Shown in pieces: positions 31,460-42,393 of a stretch of DNA of 64,000 nucleotides. Source of the DNA: a virus; the IMG/VR virus record IMGVR_UViG_3300028859_000011, positions 61,547 through 125,546 of that record; one strand, 5' to 3'. The notes beneath the pieces were generated by a model. That model searched no databases and was not told the DNA's origin. It worked only from the letters and a program-made list of their open reading frames with translations. How positions within the stretch are numbered: the stretch's first letter is position 1; the number at the start of each line of letters is the position of its first letter. Both the position numbers and the translations under genes were made by a program.

Positions 31460-32878
31460 TTATTCTGGTGTTCCCTTCTTTTTTCTTCTTTCTTCATCTT
31501 TCTTTCTTTCTTCTTCACGTTCTTTCTCATCTATTTTTTGCAACCAGTTAACAAATGCGGTAGCACTTGCATATCCAACAAAATCTTCATATATATTTTT
31601 TACTTCATTATATGGTAATTTATTTTTCCAATCAAATCCTCTTTCAAAATAATCTTCTTCTGATGCCATCTCCCAAGTTCTTGGAGATGTCCAATTTGGA
31701 GCTTGACTAACAGTATTTAATCTATGATAATATTCTGGATTTTCAGTAATAAATTGTATAAGTTTAGGATTAACTGATTTTATATTTTTTGCATATCCAA
31801 TCCAATCAGAAGGTCTTGGAGAAAAATTAATATGCTGAAATCTATTCCATAAAATTTTATCATCAGTTAAATCACCTGTACTTAAATCTGATCCTCTATT
31901 ACCTGCAGCAATAACTATCCAATATTGAGGTAATTCATAAGTACCATGTTTACCACTTAATGCTAATGATAATGATGCATCAAGTACCATTTGTGGTGCT
32001 CTATTCATTTCATCAAAAAACATAATACCACCTTTTCCATTTTTACCATTACTGGTAGGAAAAATTGATGGTAATTTCCAAACTGTTCTTTCATCTTTTG
32101 AATCATCAGATCCAATAATATTTTCAATTTTAGGAATTCCTCTAAAGTCAGTAGGCTCAATTTGTGATAAATGCCATTCTATTACGGCAATATCTAATTC
32201 TTTAGCTACCTGATGTAAAATTTCAGTTTTTCCAATTCCAGGTGCACCCCAAATAAATATCGCATTAGTTTTTTTTCTACCAAATTCATTAGATTTTTCT
32301 CCTTCTTCTTGATGCCTACCTGCTCTAAGAGCATTCATATTATAAAGTCTTTTTACTTCTTCTTTTAATTCAGCAACATCTTCATTAACTACATTTGGAT
32401 CTGGATGATCTAAACTTACAAAATCTTGATTATCATCAAGTAAACTTTCATTCAAATATATTTTTGTTAAACTTTCTTTAACTTTTTCTAATTCTTCTAT
32501 TTCATTATCAACTTTATTTTCTTCTTGATTTTCATCATCTTTAAGTCCAGGAATTTCATTTTCTTTTTCATCTTCAACTGTTTCATTATCAACAGGTTCA
32601 ACATCAGATTGAATTTGAGAATCTTCAATTTCTTTATCAGTTGGTATATCTGATATGTTAGCATATGTTGGAGGACATATTAATTCAATACCTTTTGGTA
32701 GTTTTCCTTTTTTCTGTAAATATAATGCATAATATATCCAAGCGTGTTTTCCAAAATGATTTTTGAAAAAAGAAATTACTTTATTAAAAATATCAGAAAA
32801 GACATTTTCATTGATTTTTGCACTTTCATTTGCTCTATATTCTTTAGAAAAATGATCATAATTTTTTAATGTTTTCAT
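31460..32878 (-). CDS. MoxR-type AAA+ ATPase, copy 2, with a short charged C-terminus
   Basis: Same motifs as copy 1 (GAPGIGKT, FFDEMNRA, SPRTWE); TTTATATATA upstream at 32900-32909. Confidence 0.9.
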   Translation of the reverse strand: MKTLKNYDHFSKEYRANESAKINENVFSDIFNKVISFFKNHFGKHAWIYYALYLQKKGKLPKGIELICPPTYANISDIPTDKEIEDSQIQSDVEPVDNETVEDEKENEIPGLKDDENQEENKVDNEIEELEKVKESLTKIYLNESLLDDNQDFVSLDHPDPNVVNEDVAELKEEVKRLYNMNALRAGRHQEEGEKSNEFGRKKTNAIFIWGAPGIGKTEILHQVAKELDIAVIEWHLSQIEPTDFRGIPKIENIIGSDDSKDERTVWKLPSIFPTSNGKNGKGGIMFFDEMNRAPQMVLDASLSLALSGKHGTYELPQYWIVIAAGNRGSDLSTGDLTDDKILWNRFQHINFSPRPSDWIGYAKNIKSVNPKLIQFITENPEYYHRLNTVSQAPNWTSPRTWEMASEEDYFERGFDWKNKLPYNEVKNIYEDFVGYASATAFVNWLQKIDEKEREEERKKDEERRKKKGTPE

Positions 32879-32939
32879 TCTTTGAAATTATTTTTATTTT
32901 ATATATAAATTTTTCAATTTCCTTTTTTTATTCAAAAAT

Positions 32940-33599
32940 TTATATATTATTTTGTTTGCTCTCTGATGAATATTTTGCTTGTCTCCATCTAATATCATTC
33001 ATTGTACCCCAACCTGTTTTATATGAACCTCCATAAATTTTAGGATTAGTACCTGCAGCTATTTTTACGGCTTTTTCTTTGGCATTCATTAAATGCCACA
33101 ATTTTTCTCTTTCTGGTACATTTTCTGATCCTGTATAATCTTCAATAGAAACTAAATCTTCTACATCAAAATCTACATCAGAATTATAATAATCATCAAT
33201 ATCATTACTAAATTTAGTTTTTACTATTTCACCATCTTTTTTAACTACTTCGATTCTCCAATCATTATTAAAAATTTTAATATTTAATTCATTTTCAATT
33301 TTTCTAATTATTGATTTAAATAATAATATATTTGGATAAATCCAAAAAGATATAATTTTACTTTTAGTCCATAATCTTCCAGGATAACTCGGATTCTCTA
33401 CATCATAACCTGCATTAAAATGTGAATCTTGATAATCACCAAAATAAACATTTATTACATTTGTGTGATTATCATTAACTTCACAATAAAAAGGTTTAGA
33501 ATCTTTATCATCCATATCACATACTTTTTTACCATTCTCATCACGTATATAACTCGGATTTTCTTTTATTAATTTAAATTCTTTAAATTCTTTAATCAT
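32940..33599 (-). CDS. Hypothetical protein with tag-like N-terminus (MIKEFKEFKLIKE)
   Basis: 219-aa ORF containing GRLW...IISFW. Confidence 0.7.
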   Translation of the reverse strand: MIKEFKEFKLIKENPSYIRDENGKKVCDMDDKDSKPFYCEVNDNHTNVINVYFGDYQDSHFNAGYDVENPSYPGRLWTKSKIISFWIYPNILLFKSIIRKIENELNIKIFNNDWRIEVVKKDGEIVKTKFSNDIDDYYNSDVDFDVEDLVSIEDYTGSENVPEREKLWHLMNAKEKAVKIAAGTNPKIYGGSYKTGWGTMNDIRWRQAKYSSESKQNNI

Positions 33600-33608
33600 A
33601 ATTTCTAA

Positions 33609-33824
33609 TTATACTTTAATAGGCTTATCATATTTTACTGTTCTTGGATCAAAACTTGTATAAACTCCACATGGATAATACTCCTCAACAAAAAAATGTA
33701 AAGCTTGTAATAATGCATACTTACTTTTAACATAAGTATATATAACAGGAGCAACTCCTTTTTCTCCATGTTTTGATGCTACTTTATTCGAATATATAAA
33801 AGTAACATTAGTATATTTCCACAT
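33609..33824 (-). CDS. Hypothetical protein
   Basis: ORF behind a TTTATATATA motif at 33845-33854. Confidence 0.55.
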   Translation of the reverse strand: MWKYTNVTFIYSNKVASKHGEKGVAPVIYTYVKSKYALLQALHFFVEEYYPCGVYTSFDPRTVKYDKPIKV

Positions 33825-33920
33825 TGTAAAATAATTATTTTTTCTATATATAAATTTACAAAATGTTTTTTTATTTGAATTATTATCCTTATATTTACAT
33901 TAAATAAAAAATATAAATAT

Positions 33921-34523
33921 ATGAATGAAAATATGATTAAAAAATTAGGAACATTTAATACTGAAAGTGACGAATTAAGAATAACAGATCCATGTTATGA
34001 AAAAACTGTATGGTGCTGTGAAACTTTAAAAAATTGTAATATTGGAGAATGGACTTCATTTATAAAATATAATGAAGGTGATAATAGAGTAGCAGAAATT
34101 ATTACTACTTTTGGAAATGATAGTGTTGATATATTAGATATTATAGAAGAATCAAAATGGATAGATTCAGGAATTGATGTTGGAGTTGATTCTGGACAAT
34201 GTGGTATTTTTGACGATTCAAAATATCCAAAAACTAAAGAAGAACTTGGCGAATGGGGAGATGAATCATCTTTTTATGGTAAATGTTGTGATCTTACTGA
34301 TACTTATGAAAAAGGCGGATTGCTAGATTTTGGAGCAGTATCAAGTTCAGGATACGGAGATGGTTCATATACTTGTTTATATGCTGAAAAAAATGATAAA
34401 ATTTCTACAATAAGAATAATATTTATTCCTGATGATGAAGATGAAGATGAAGAATATGAAGATTCTGATAACGAAATAGATTTTGAAGATGAAAAAGATG
34501 ATAGTACATTTTTAAAAATTTAA
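33921..34523 (+). CDS. DUF4241-like protein
   Basis: ITDPCY, GVDSGQCGIFD, SSSGYGDGSY. Confidence 0.7.
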   Translation: MNENMIKKLGTFNTESDELRITDPCYEKTVWCCETLKNCNIGEWTSFIKYNEGDNRVAEIITTFGNDSVDILDIIEESKWIDSGIDVGVDSGQCGIFDDSKYPKTKEELGEWGDESSFYGKCCDLTDTYEKGGLLDFGAVSSSGYGDGSYTCLYAEKNDKISTIRIIFIPDDEDEDEEYEDSDNEIDFEDEKDDSTFLKI

Positions 34524-34646
34524 CATAGTTGTAACATGTTTTTCCTTTATAAAAATTTTTTAACAGTAGTTTATTTTTATATATAATTTCTCCAATATAT
34601 TTCAAACTATTAAACTAAGTTTGAATATAAAAAAATAAAATAAATT

Positions 34647-34982
34647 ATGACTGAACATTTAACATTAGAAACTTTCAAGGAAAAAATTATGGATTTTGAT
34701 ACACAAAAATTCAAAAATGATAAACCTATAGCTTTAAAATTTAGTGCATCCTGGTGTCTGCCATGCAGATCTTACACTCCAATATTTGAAAATGTTTCAA
34801 ATGAAGTTAACGATATGAATTTTTATTCAGTAGATGTAGAAGATGAAATGGAAATTTCAGAATTATTTTCTATAAAAAGCATTCCAACTACTATTATAAT
34901 TAATAAAAAAGGTGAAAAAATTGCATATAGTGGAATGATTCAAAAAAGTAAATTAGTTGAAATGATAAATAATAATTTATAA
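34647..34982 (+). CDS. trxA: Thioredoxin
   Basis: FSASWCLPCR, FSIKSIPT. Confidence 0.92.
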   Translation: MTEHLTLETFKEKIMDFDTQKFKNDKPIALKFSASWCLPCRSYTPIFENVSNEVNDMNFYSVDVEDEMEISELFSIKSIPTTIIINKKGEKIAYSGMIQKSKLVEMINNNL

Positions 34983-35723
34983 TATTATAGGTTTATCTAA
35001 TTTTATTACATTTAATATATAATCATTATCAAATTCATTATTTATTAAATTATTAATATTAATTGCTCTAGTATTTATACCAGAACAATTAATATTTTTA
35101 ATATATTCTTTAAGATTATCACGACCAAAAAAAGTCAATTCTTGTTTGTCTAATAATGTTAAAATATATTTTTTATGATAACATTTTTTTCCTTTATTCC
35201 AAGGTTCTATTCCAGTTTTTAATCCTTTATTCCATGCTAATTTACCTTTTAATCCATCTGAACAATGTTTAATTCTTTCTGCACTATATTTTTTACCTAA
35301 TCCAGCAATTCTTCTTTTTTCTTTTTCTATATCTGAGTTATCTCCATATATTTCTTCATATGTTTTTCCTTTTCTTTTTAAAATCATTATTTCTCCTGCT
35401 TTTTTACAACCTAATCTATGAAGTTCTTTAGATTCTTCTGATGCTAGCGTTCCTGACCCACCTTTACCTCCTTCTGCCATATTATAATATTCCGATGATT
35501 TTACTGCATCATATAATTCTATATAATATTTTTCTCTTTGAAATAGGAATTCATTATTATCATTTTCTTCTATAACTTCTTTTATAAAATTTTCTCTACC
35601 ATATTTTTTAAGTGCTAATTTAATAGATTTACCTGAACCAAAATAATTTTTATTATTATTTGTGTCTACTCCAATATATTTTCTATTATTAATTTTATTT
35701 GTAATTAAATAAACAATACCCAT
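34977..35723 (-). CDS. GIY-YIG (Seg-like) homing endonuclease
   Basis: IVYLITNKINNRKYIG, YFGSG, YYNM, NUMOD-like AWNKG/PWNKG. Confidence 0.9.
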   Translation of the reverse strand: MGIVYLITNKINNRKYIGVDTNNNKNYFGSGKSIKLALKKYGRENFIKEVIEENDNNEFLFQREKYYIELYDAVKSSEYYNMAEGGKGGSGTLASEESKELHRLGCKKAGEIMILKRKGKTYEEIYGDNSDIEKEKRRIAGLGKKYSAERIKHCSDGLKGKLAWNKGLKTGIEPWNKGKKCYHKKYILTLLDKQELTFFGRDNLKEYIKNINCSGINTRAININNLINNEFDNDYILNVIKLDKPIIL

Positions 35724-35844
35724 TTTTAATATTTTTTATAATATTATATTAATAAAAAATAAAAAAGATTATAAAATATTAATTTTTCATGTAAATAATA
35801 AAATAATTATTATCTTTGTATTTAAATTTATAAATATTAAATAT

Positions 35845-36468
35845 ATGAAGCATATAATTCAGTACAATAAGAATATTGATTATAAAATTGATATTTTTAC
35901 TATTAAAGAAGCAGGTGATTTTTATAATAAATTTATTAAGAATAATGACTATTATGATTATGATAATGGTTATGAAAAATATAATTTAAAGAAAAAAATT
36001 CTTTACTTTGATTATAATGATATACAATCATCTTATGGTGGATCAAAGGAATATAATAATACATGTAGATTGATTATTGCTCATGATAATAAAGATATAT
36101 TAGGAATTTGTAAATTTGCATATTGGGGGTCAACTCAATCATATAGTATAAGTTATTTATCGACCAATAATGATTTTTTTAATATGGGGGTTTCAAAAAA
36201 ATTACTTGAAAAAATGTTTGAATATTTCTCAAAAACTTATCCAAATGATATATTATCATTTTCTGGCTATTCAATAGATGGTTGGAAATATTTAAGAAAA
36301 TCTATTTTAGAATTCTCCAAAAAATATAATGTTAAAATAACAGAAAAATGGATACAATATCCAGGATTAAGTGGCAAATTTTCTGAAGAAGAATATAAAT
36401 TAATGGATAAAAGTAAGGAAGAAATTAGGCAAACATACGGGTATAAAAAAGATATATGGGAATATTAA
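35845..36468 (+). CDS. GNAT-like acetyltransferase
   Basis: ILGICKF...ISYLST...FNMGVSKKLLE resembles GNAT motif A; promoter TATCTTTG at 35811. Confidence 0.55.
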   Translation: MKHIIQYNKNIDYKIDIFTIKEAGDFYNKFIKNNDYYDYDNGYEKYNLKKKILYFDYNDIQSSYGGSKEYNNTCRLIIAHDNKDILGICKFAYWGSTQSYSISYLSTNNDFFNMGVSKKLLEKMFEYFSKTYPNDILSFSGYSIDGWKYLRKSILEFSKKYNVKITEKWIQYPGLSGKFSEEEYKLMDKSKEEIRQTYGYKKDIWEY

Positions 36469-36597
36469 GAATTTATATATTTATAGTATATATCATGATC
36501 TTGCATCTTTTTAAATCATTTATCTAAAAATAAATGATTTTTCTTTGTTTATATCAAAAATTATTATTATCTTTGGTGAAAATATTATAATATACAT

Positions 36598-37461
36598 ATG
36601 AAAATAAAAGATTTTATATCAAGAAGCATTCAAACTTATCCGACATTATACAAATGTGATAATTATTATAATTCAAAACTTAAAGTATTGAATCAAATTT
36701 TTTTTACAATAGGTAATGGATATGAAGTTGCAGAAACTAAAATACCAGAAGAAGGTGGTTATGTAGTTGAAGAAAAATATAAAAGAAATAAAAAAACTGA
36801 TGATTATATTAGAATTAAAGATAAACCATACGGTAAGGAAAAATATAAAGAACTACCTACAGATTACTTCGATACTATTATTTATAAAGTAAGTTCACTT
36901 AAATCTCCAATTGAAGTTATAAATAATGGTGAAGATAATGTTTATTATAGATATGATAAAGATATAGAAGATTGTGAAGATTTTTATAAGCCTAAATTAA
37001 GAAAAATAATTAGTAATTATCCATTTATTCCATATCCATTTAGTAAAAATTATTCATTAATTTGTGATATGTATTATAAAAATGAATTCATGCAACAAGA
37101 TTGGATTGATGAATCAATTATATTATGTAAAGAAACTTTAAAATATTTTTTAAATGAAGAATTATACAAAAAAAATTCATATTATCCTACTGAAAATAGT
37201 ATAAAAAGCGATTTAAAACAATTTCAGGAAAGTTTCAATCAAGGAATAAAAGAAGGAAAAAAACTACGTAAAATTTGGGGATATAAGGATTCTGATATTT
37301 GTCCTGACATAGAGGAAATTACAATTAGAAAATGGGAATCATGGACAGATTTTCATAAAAGACAAATTGATTTTTTGAATAATTTTTTATCAAAATTTGA
37401 TAAAAATTTTTCTTCTAATATTTTTTATAATGAGAACTTTGTTAAAATTGAAAAGAAATAA
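36598..37461 (+). CDS. Hypothetical protein
   Basis: 287-aa ORF behind TTTG-N20-TATCTTTG (36544-36575). Confidence 0.75.
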   Translation: MKIKDFISRSIQTYPTLYKCDNYYNSKLKVLNQIFFTIGNGYEVAETKIPEEGGYVVEEKYKRNKKTDDYIRIKDKPYGKEKYKELPTDYFDTIIYKVSSLKSPIEVINNGEDNVYYRYDKDIEDCEDFYKPKLRKIISNYPFIPYPFSKNYSLICDMYYKNEFMQQDWIDESIILCKETLKYFLNEELYKKNSYYPTENSIKSDLKQFQESFNQGIKEGKKLRKIWGYKDSDICPDIEEITIRKWESWTDFHKRQIDFLNNFLSKFDKNFSSNIFYNENFVKIEKK

Positions 37462-37729
37462 CTTCTAAAAGAAGAAATTCAAAAGAAATAAACTATGCTA
37501 GATATATATTATGTCAGTTTTTCATTATGGTTATCAAAATAAATGTGAAAGAATATAATTCATTATAATAAATAAAAATTATGAAAGAAGAAATAGAATT
37601 TACTAAATGGTGCTTCAATAATCATAAATATGTTTATGATTTAAGAGAAGATACATGGTTTCATATAAAATCATTTAAGACGTATACATGGGAAGAGATT
37701 CATGATATTTATACTAAATCTATCAAAAA

Positions 37730-37915
37730 ATGAATAAGAAAATTTATAATAAAAATAAATTTGTATTTTTGTGTGAATATAATACAAAAATAGAGAATAA
37801 TTATGAACCACGTTATTATTATAGGCACGAATTTAGATTTATTAGATATTTTCCTTTTATTAAAAAAGAATTTATAGAATATAAATTTGTCGCTGGCTAT
37901 TGGATTGAACAATAA
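37730..37915 (+). CDS. Hypothetical protein
   Basis: Small ORF in the + strand operon. Confidence 0.5.
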   Translation: MNKKIYNKNKFVFLCEYNTKIENNYEPRYYYRHEFRFIRYFPFIKKEFIEYKFVAGYWIEQ

Positions 37916-38474
37916 AAATATATTTACTATGAAAAATTATAAAATAATTGGTATTGATGGTAATGAATATTATGTACATCGTAATATAGGAGTAGCTGGA
38001 TTTATATTTAGATATCATGAAGGAAATTTACAAGTATTAGCTAATCAAAGAGGTTCTGGTACATCGAATCATAAATATTTATGGAATTGTCCTTGCGGAC
38101 ATTTAGATTATGACGAGACTCTTAAAATGGCTTGTTCAAGAGAGACAAAAGAAGAATGTAGATTAGAAATTAATGCAAAAAAATTTATATCTATTGAAAT
38201 TAACGATTCTCCATCAGCATATTTACAAAATGTCACGCATAGATTTTATGTATTATTAAACAATAAAGATAATACTGATGATATTGGAATTGGACTTGAA
38301 GGTGAATTATATGAAGTGAATAATGTTAAATGGATTAATGTTTTTGATATAGATAATTATAAATGGGCATTTGAACATAATGATATAATAAAAAATATCT
38401 GCAAATCTAAAATAAAATTAAGTAAATTATATCAATACTTATATAAATTTTATTATAAATTTTTCGGATTTTGA
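37887..38474 (+). CDS. Nudix hydrolase
   Basis: GHLDYDETLKMACSRETKEECRL Nudix box; likely start at MKNYKII. Confidence 0.88.
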   Translation: MSLAIGLNNKNIFTMKNYKIIGIDGNEYYVHRNIGVAGFIFRYHEGNLQVLANQRGSGTSNHKYLWNCPCGHLDYDETLKMACSRETKEECRLEINAKKFISIEINDSPSAYLQNVTHRFYVLLNNKDNTDDIGIGLEGELYEVNNVKWINVFDIDNYKWAFEHNDIIKNICKSKIKLSKLYQYLYKFYYKFFGF

Positions 38475-38525
38475 TTAAATAAAAATTTAATAATTTAAAA
38501 AAATATATAGCCTAAAAAACTGTAT

Positions 38526-39392
38526 ATGAGAAAGGAAAAAATGATAAACTGGATAATAGACACAAATTTATGGGATGAATACGAAGATCGTTTAGTTGAA
38601 TCCATAAAAAAATCAGGAGCAAATGTATATTTTTATGATGAGATAAAAAATTTATCATTTAAAAAATATATTCTTAGTAATTTTCAATCTAATAATGATG
38701 TAAATATATTTCATGGATCATTAGGTCATGGAAGACAATTAACTCATTTACCAATTTATCCAGGTGTATTTTTAACTATTGATAATTATGAATGTTATAA
38801 TTATTATGGATATTTCGGTGATTATCTTCTTAATGAAGATTATATGATGATGGCTTTAAATGATGTATTAAGAAATAAAGAAAAAATATTTAATAATTTT
38901 ATTAATACCAGTATATTTATTAGACCTTCAAATGGATATAAATCTTTTCCTGGACAAATGTTATCAAATCATAATTTTGATTCAGATTTTAATTCATTAA
39001 TTCATTCATATTGCGGATTAGATATGAATACATTAGTATTAATCGCAGATAAACAATTATTAAAAGAAGAATATAGATTTATTGTTGTTGATGGAGAAGT
39101 AATATCTGGTTCACAATATTTTGATGAAAAAAATATAAATACATTTAATCCTTATTATGATAGAATTTGTCAAGATCAAAATGCAACAGATTTTGCAATT
39201 AAAATGTCAAAGATATATCAACCAGATTTAGCATATACTATAGATGTTTGCAAAACAAATAATGATGAATATAAATTACTTGAACTTAACTCATTTAATT
39301 GTGCATCAATGTATGGCAATGATTATGAAAAAGTAGTTAATGCGATTAATAAATTAGCAGTAAATGAGCATAATAGTTTATTTAAAAATTAA
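38526..39392 (+). CDS. ATP-grasp domain protein
   Basis: FIRP..GYKSFPG, EYRFIVVDG, YTIDV, LLELNSFNCASMY. Confidence 0.8.
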   Translation: MRKEKMINWIIDTNLWDEYEDRLVESIKKSGANVYFYDEIKNLSFKKYILSNFQSNNDVNIFHGSLGHGRQLTHLPIYPGVFLTIDNYECYNYYGYFGDYLLNEDYMMMALNDVLRNKEKIFNNFINTSIFIRPSNGYKSFPGQMLSNHNFDSDFNSLIHSYCGLDMNTLVLIADKQLLKEEYRFIVVDGEVISGSQYFDEKNINTFNPYYDRICQDQNATDFAIKMSKIYQPDLAYTIDVCKTNNDEYKLLELNSFNCASMYGNDYEKVVNAINKLAVNEHNSLFKN

Positions 39393-39402
39393 CATATAAA
39401 TC

Positions 39403-39636
39403 ATGAAATATAAACAATGTGTAGTATATGTGTATGACGATTGTCATAAAGCAGATGGTGCTGATTGCAATTTTAATACTTGTAAAATTCGTTTAACTAA
39501 AGAAAAAGAAATTATAAATAATACGATAAAAAGACGTACTGAATTTAAAAATTTATCAAAAAAAGAACAAGATAAATGGTGTAGTAAATGTGGTTGTGAA
39601 GGTGGTTGTGATTTATGTAAAAATATAAATGATTAA
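39403..39636 (+). CDS. Small Cys-rich protein
   Basis: CSKCGCEGGCDLC. Confidence 0.6.
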   Translation: MKYKQCVVYVYDDCHKADGADCNFNTCKIRLTKEKEIINNTIKRRTEFKNLSKKEQDKWCSKCGCEGGCDLCKNIND

Positions 39637-39638
39637 AA

Positions 39639-39944
39639 ATGAAAATAGGAGATGAATTGTTATGTAAATGTAAATTTGGTTATAAAATTACATCTGCTGG
39701 AATATTCAAAAAAAATAAAAATTATATAATCAAAGACATAATATATCGAACAAATTATAATTGTGATGATAAGACAATAACAACAATTAAAAATTTTATG
39801 ATTAATGATAATTATTATTCTGAATATTTTGTAAATACACATTTTTATTCTGAACAAGAAATTAGAAAATTAAAATTAGAAAAAATAGAAATAAATGAAA
39901 ATAGAAATAGAAAAAATAATAGAAGAAATATCAGAGTTAAATAA
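39639..39944 (+). CDS. KIGD-family small protein with RKLKLEKI tag
   Basis: MKIGDELLCK...EIRKLKLEKI. Confidence 0.65.
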   Translation: MKIGDELLCKCKFGYKITSAGIFKKNKNYIIKDIIYRTNYNCDDKTITTIKNFMINDNYYSEYFVNTHFYSEQEIRKLKLEKIEINENRNRKNNRRNIRVK

Positions 39945-40407
39945 ATTAGATGGTAAAAAATTTCTTGAAAGATTTATTAAATATAATGAAGAGTATGGAG
40001 AATTTTCAGCAGAAGTTTGTAAGCTTATCGGAATAACACAAAAACCATATGATAAAGATCACTTGATTGAAGAAATGGCTGATGCCATTCAAAATCAATT
40101 ATCAGTTTATTTAAATGTATGTGAAATAGGAAACTTTTTAATTGAAGATGTTTTTAACGAAATTCTTGTAAAAAATCAAAAGTGGAGAGAATGTTATCCA
40201 AAATACACAAATAAACAAACTAACCTTCATTCTTCAATTTTATCAAAAATTAGAGAATCTGATATTGTTTATGTAAATAATAAAACAATAAAAGATAGAT
40301 TTAATAATCCAGATATACTTGAATATAATATATTATCTGATGATAATTATGATATTGTCTCATTAGATCCAAATAAAAGAATATTAAAACTTGTAACAAT
40401 TATTTAA
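39895..40407 (+). CDS. MazG-like NTP pyrophosphohydrolase
   Basis: EEYGEFSAEV...LIEEMADAI. Confidence 0.75.
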   Translation: MKIEIEKIIEEISELNKLDGKKFLERFIKYNEEYGEFSAEVCKLIGITQKPYDKDHLIEEMADAIQNQLSVYLNVCEIGNFLIEDVFNEILVKNQKWRECYPKYTNKQTNLHSSILSKIRESDIVYVNNKTIKDRFNNPDILEYNILSDDNYDIVSLDPNKRILKLVTII

Positions 40408-40409
40408 AT

Positions 40410-40895
40410 ATGAATGAAGATATAAAATATCCTGCTCATGCAGTTTGTATTACTTGTGGTTCAACAAAAAAAAATGATGAAACATCTTGTTGCATAAATG
40501 GACATGATGATTGGCTTGAAGATATAGATGATGTTCATATATTTTATCATGCTACTATTAAATTAGGTGTATCATTAAAAACTATCATGGACGCATTTGA
40601 TAATAACACAGATATTATAAAAGAAGATATTATGTCAAATAAAAAAACTAAAATAAAAAATAACGCAATTCGTTATAAATTAGCATTAGATAAGGAAATT
40701 CAAGATAATCCTGATTATTGTTTTTGTCAAGAATTATTGGGATTAGAACCTGATGTTGATTTTGAAAATGATAAAGAAATAGGAAAAACAGATCCTATTG
40801 ACGGATTTCCATATTGGAATTCAATTGGTTATACATTACCTATTTATATATGTAAAAGATGTGGTAAAAAAGTAACTCTAAGTACGGTATATTAA
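40410..40895 (+). CDS. Cys-motif hypothetical protein
   Basis: CITCG, CCINGH, CFC, CKRCG. Confidence 0.6.
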   Translation: MNEDIKYPAHAVCITCGSTKKNDETSCCINGHDDWLEDIDDVHIFYHATIKLGVSLKTIMDAFDNNTDIIKEDIMSNKKTKIKNNAIRYKLALDKEIQDNPDYCFCQELLGLEPDVDFENDKEIGKTDPIDGFPYWNSIGYTLPIYICKRCGKKVTLSTVY

Positions 40896-40899
40896 AATT

Positions 40900-41517
40900 A
40901 TGAAGTATACCGCAGAAGAAATTTGTAATGAATTACATTTAGATATAAATGATATATTAAACATATATCCATATGGTTCAAGAGTATATTTATCAAATGA
41001 TGAATATTCCGATTATGATTATATCATAGTTTATAAGAAATCATTATTACCGAGTGGATCATTTAAAGATAATGCAATATCATCAGTTGATAAAGAAATT
41101 CAAGGTTCTTGTTATTCAAAAGGCGGATTCTTAGATGCAATAAATAATTATCAAATGCCAGTATTGGAATGTTTATTCTTACCTGAAGATATGATAGTTA
41201 AAAAAACTTTTGATTTTAAAATTTCTAAATTTGAAGAAAAAGAATTTATTAAAAAAGTAATATCATTAGCATCATCAAGTTGGCATAATGCAATACTATC
41301 ATATAAAGATGATAATTTTGAATATGTTTCAAAAAATATTTATCACGCATTAAGAATATTAGATTTTGGTATTCAAATAAAAGAAATTGGTATAATATCA
41401 AATTTTAGTTCAATGAATAAAATTAAATTACAAATATATGATGATGAAAATATTTGTACTCCAAAAAATTGGTATGATATGTTTATTGAATTAAGTAATA
41501 AACTAAAAAATAATTAA
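40900..41517 (+). CDS. Pol-beta-superfamily nucleotidyltransferase
   Basis: YPYGSRVY...SDYDY signature; YHALRIL. Confidence 0.8.
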   Translation: MKYTAEEICNELHLDINDILNIYPYGSRVYLSNDEYSDYDYIIVYKKSLLPSGSFKDNAISSVDKEIQGSCYSKGGFLDAINNYQMPVLECLFLPEDMIVKKTFDFKISKFEEKEFIKKVISLASSSWHNAILSYKDDNFEYVSKNIYHALRILDFGIQIKEIGIISNFSSMNKIKLQIYDDENICTPKNWYDMFIELSNKLKNN

Positions 41518-41519
41518 AA

Positions 41520-42208
41520 ATGAGCTTAATAAGTAAAATTTTTGGTAAAAAACAAATAATAAAAGGACGACGAGGTTTTTATCGTGAAGAACTTGAAATA
41601 AAATCTGCATATCGAAAGAATGTTGTTATTTTATATGTTATAGAAATAGAAAGATTTGAAAATAATTTATCTAAAGTAGCATTGGAATATATAGAAATTG
41701 AAGCATGTGATGATCCTGATAAAATTGATTGGTTAAAAAATTACGCAAAAAAGAAATTTATATCAATTGTTAAAACCGATAAAGTGGAATGGTTAATTCC
41801 TACATTAAAAAATGATAGAAAAGATAAAATTTTAGAGATAAATAAAAAATAATTATGAAGAAAAAACAAAAATATCCTCAAGAATATTATAATATTACTA
41901 CTACACTTTGTAAGACAGCAGATGATGATAATAAAACAGAATATAAATCTAGAGTATATGTTGAAGAAATTGATAAATATAAAAATGGAATATCTAAAAT
42001 TAAATTAATAGACATAGAAGTATTGTCTGGCTTTGGTATATTTCAATATGATTATGTCAAAAAAGCTATAAAATTAAAATTTTCATTCATTAAAAATACT
42101 TCTGAAATTGAATGGTTAGTAAGTGAAAATGAGTTAAAAACAGAAAGAAAAGAAAAACTTGATGAAATAAATAATAAAAATTTTATACAAAGATTATTTT
42201 CAAAATGA
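41520..42208 (+). CDS. Two paralogous small proteins (41520-41852, 41855-42208) with RKxK tags
   Basis: Shared EI.[RK]...N..SK..L..IE and K..[VI]EWL; both end RK[DE]K[IL].EIN. Confidence 0.7.
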
Positions 42209-42393
42209 AACCTAAATATTTTTCTTTAATTATGTTTTTAACTATATTAATGATGATTGTAATTTCATCATATTTTAAATCATTAAATATAACATTAAGC
42301 TCAACTGGATTTGTATTATCAGTTATTGATGTTATATTATGTTGCATTATTTCTTACACATCATGCATAGTTAATGATATATGGATAAAATAG
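42205..42393 (+). CDS. Small two-TM membrane protein
   Basis: Two hydrophobic helices. Confidence 0.6.
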   Translation: MKPKYFSLIMFLTILMMIVISSYFKSLNITLSSTGFVLSVIDVILCCIISYTSCIVNDIWIK

